Positions 62,231-64,000 of a stretch of 64,000 bases of DNA are shown here, piece after piece. The translations under genes and the position numbers were made by a program. The first letter of the stretch is position 1. Each line of letters opens with the position of its first letter. The notes under the pieces are model-generated. The model worked only from the letters and a program-made list of their open reading frames with translations. It had not been told where the DNA came from and did no database searches. The stretch spans positions 496,001-560,000 of the forward strand of contig NW_026782056.1 in the NCBI RefSeq assembly GCF_031769215.1, given 5' to 3'. Source of the stretch: Ylistrum balloti (Eukaryota).

Positions 62231-64000
62231 GATGTTCCCTAACTGTCCAACTCATCTCCCTTTCACTCTCGTAGTCTCAGTCCTTTCTACTTCCCCTTGG
62301 TGTCCCTAACTGTCCAACTCATCTCCCTCTCACTGTTTTTATCTCAGTCCTATTTATCTTCCCTCCATGTCCCTAACTGTCCAACTCATCTCCCTCTCAC
62401 TGTTTTAATCTCAGTACTATTTATCTTCCCGCGATGTCCCTAACTGTCCAACTAATCTCTCTCTCACTCTCGTTATCTCAGTCCTATTTATCTTCCCTCG
62501 ATGTCCCTAACTGTCCATTTCATCTCCCTCTCACTGTTTTAATCTCAGTCCTATTTATCTTCCCTCGGTGTCCCTAACTGTCCAACTCATCTCCCTCTCA
62601 TTGTTTTTTTCTCAGTCCTATTTATCTCCCCTCGGTGTCCTTAACTGTCCAACTCATCTCCCTCTCACTCTCGTTATCTCAGTCCTATTTATCTTCCCTC
62701 GGTGTCCCTAACTGTCCAACTCATCTCCCTCTCACTCTCGTTATCTCATGTCCCTACTGTCCAACTGTCCTAACTGTCCAACTCATCTCCCTCTCACTCT
62801 CGTTATCTCAGTCCTATTTATCTTCCCTCGATGTCCCTAACTGTCTAACTCATCTCCCTCTCACTGTTTTTTTCTCAGTCCTATTTATTTTCCCTCGATG
62901 TCCCTAACTGTCCAACTAATCTTCCCCTCACTCTCGTTATCTCAGTCCTTTCTTCCCTCGATGTCCCTAACTGTCCAACTCATCTCCCTTTCACTCTCGT
63001 TATCTCAGTCCTATTTATCTTCCCTCGATGTCCCTAACTGTCCAACTAATCTTCTCCTCACTTTCGTTATCTCAGTCCTTTCTTCCCTCGATGTCCCTAA
63101 CTGTCCAACTCATCTCCCTCTCACTCTCGTAGTCTCAGTCCTTTCTACTTCCCCTCGATATCCCTAACTGTCCAACTAATCTCTCTCTCACTTTCGTTAT
63201 CTCAGTCCTATTTATCTTCCCTCGATGTCCCTAACTGTCCATCTAATCTTCTCCTCACTCATGTTATCTCAGTCCTTTCTTCCCTCGATGTCCATAACTG
63301 TCCAACTCATCTCCCTCTGACTTTCGTTATCTCAGTCCTATTCATCTCCCCTCGGTGTCCCTAACTGTCCAACTCATCTCCCTCTCACTCTCGTTATCTC
63401 AGTCCTATTTATCTTCCTTCGATGTCCCTAACTGTCCAACTAATCTTCTCCTCACTCTCGTTATCTCAGTCCTTTCTTCCCTCGATGTCCCTAACTGTCC
63501 AACTCATCTCCCTCTCACTCTCGTAGTCTCAGTCCTTTCTACTTCCCCTCGATGTCCCTAACTGTCCATCTAATCTTCTCCTCACTCTCGTTATCTCAGT
63601 CCTTTCTTCCCTCGGTGTCCCTAACTGTCCAACTCATCTCCCTCTCACTGTTTTAATCTCAGTCCTATTTATCTTCCTTCGATGTCCCTAACTGTCCAAC
63701 TAATCTTCTCCTCACTCTCGTTATCTCAGTCCTTTCTTCCCTCGATGTCCCTAACTGTCCATTTCATCTCCCTCTCACTGTTTCGTTATCTCAGTCCTAT
63801 TTATCTTCCCTCGGTGTCCCTAACTGTCCAACTCATCTCCCTCTCACTCTCGTTATCTCAGTCCTATTTATCTTCCCTCGATGTCCCTAACTGTCCAACT
63901 CATCTCCCTCTCACTCTCTTTATCTCAGTCCTATTTATCTTCCCTCGATGTCCCTAACTTTCCAACTCATCTCCCTCTCACTCTCTTTATCTCAGTCCTA
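62231..64000. repeat. 63-67-bp pyrimidine-rich tandem array, about 27 copies, running off the right edge
   Basis: Unit GATGTCCCTAACTGTCCAACTCATCTCCCTCTCACTCTCGTTATCTCAGTCCTATTTATCTTCCCTC, with shorter variants. Confidence 0.95.

Noticed and set aside
57172-63957. FQHFPLH-type ORFs (57172-57574) and MSLTVQLISL-type ORFs (62635-63957)
   Set aside because: They are translations of low-complexity arrays. The first group is antisense within an intron.
1-64000. CRISPR-like reading of the regularly spaced arrays
   Set aside because: Units are head-to-tail with no unique spacers, there are no cas genes, and the DNA is spliceosomal eukaryotic.

Overview
AT-rich animal genomic DNA. It is probably molluscan (bivalve-like), inferred from the genes and repeats and not shown directly. 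There are no prokaryotic features, RNA genes or CRISPR arrays. Two convergent protein-coding genes are supported. (1) Plus strand 24478-25881 (frame open from 24214): an uninterrupted CDS for an invertebrate-type dopamine receptor (Dop1R2/INDR-like GPCR). (2) Minus strand 60345-39405: a 21-exon gene that I reconstructed by hand from splice sites, mostly missed by the ORF track (3405 nt CDS, 1134 aa). Its architecture is signal peptide - 4 ShKT - GKR/KR dibasic sites - PTS region with 22 D/N-S-G repeats - 4 ShKT - linker - one C-terminal VWC-like domain. This gene is the most interesting object in the window. It looks like a convertase-processed, ShK-armed mucin or proteoglycan, and its splice sites could also yield short ShK-only forms. 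The remainder holds about nine unrelated minisatellite or low-complexity arrays, a decayed LINE 3' end, a small dispersed repeat family and a 134-N gap. All gene models are unvalidated sequence readings.
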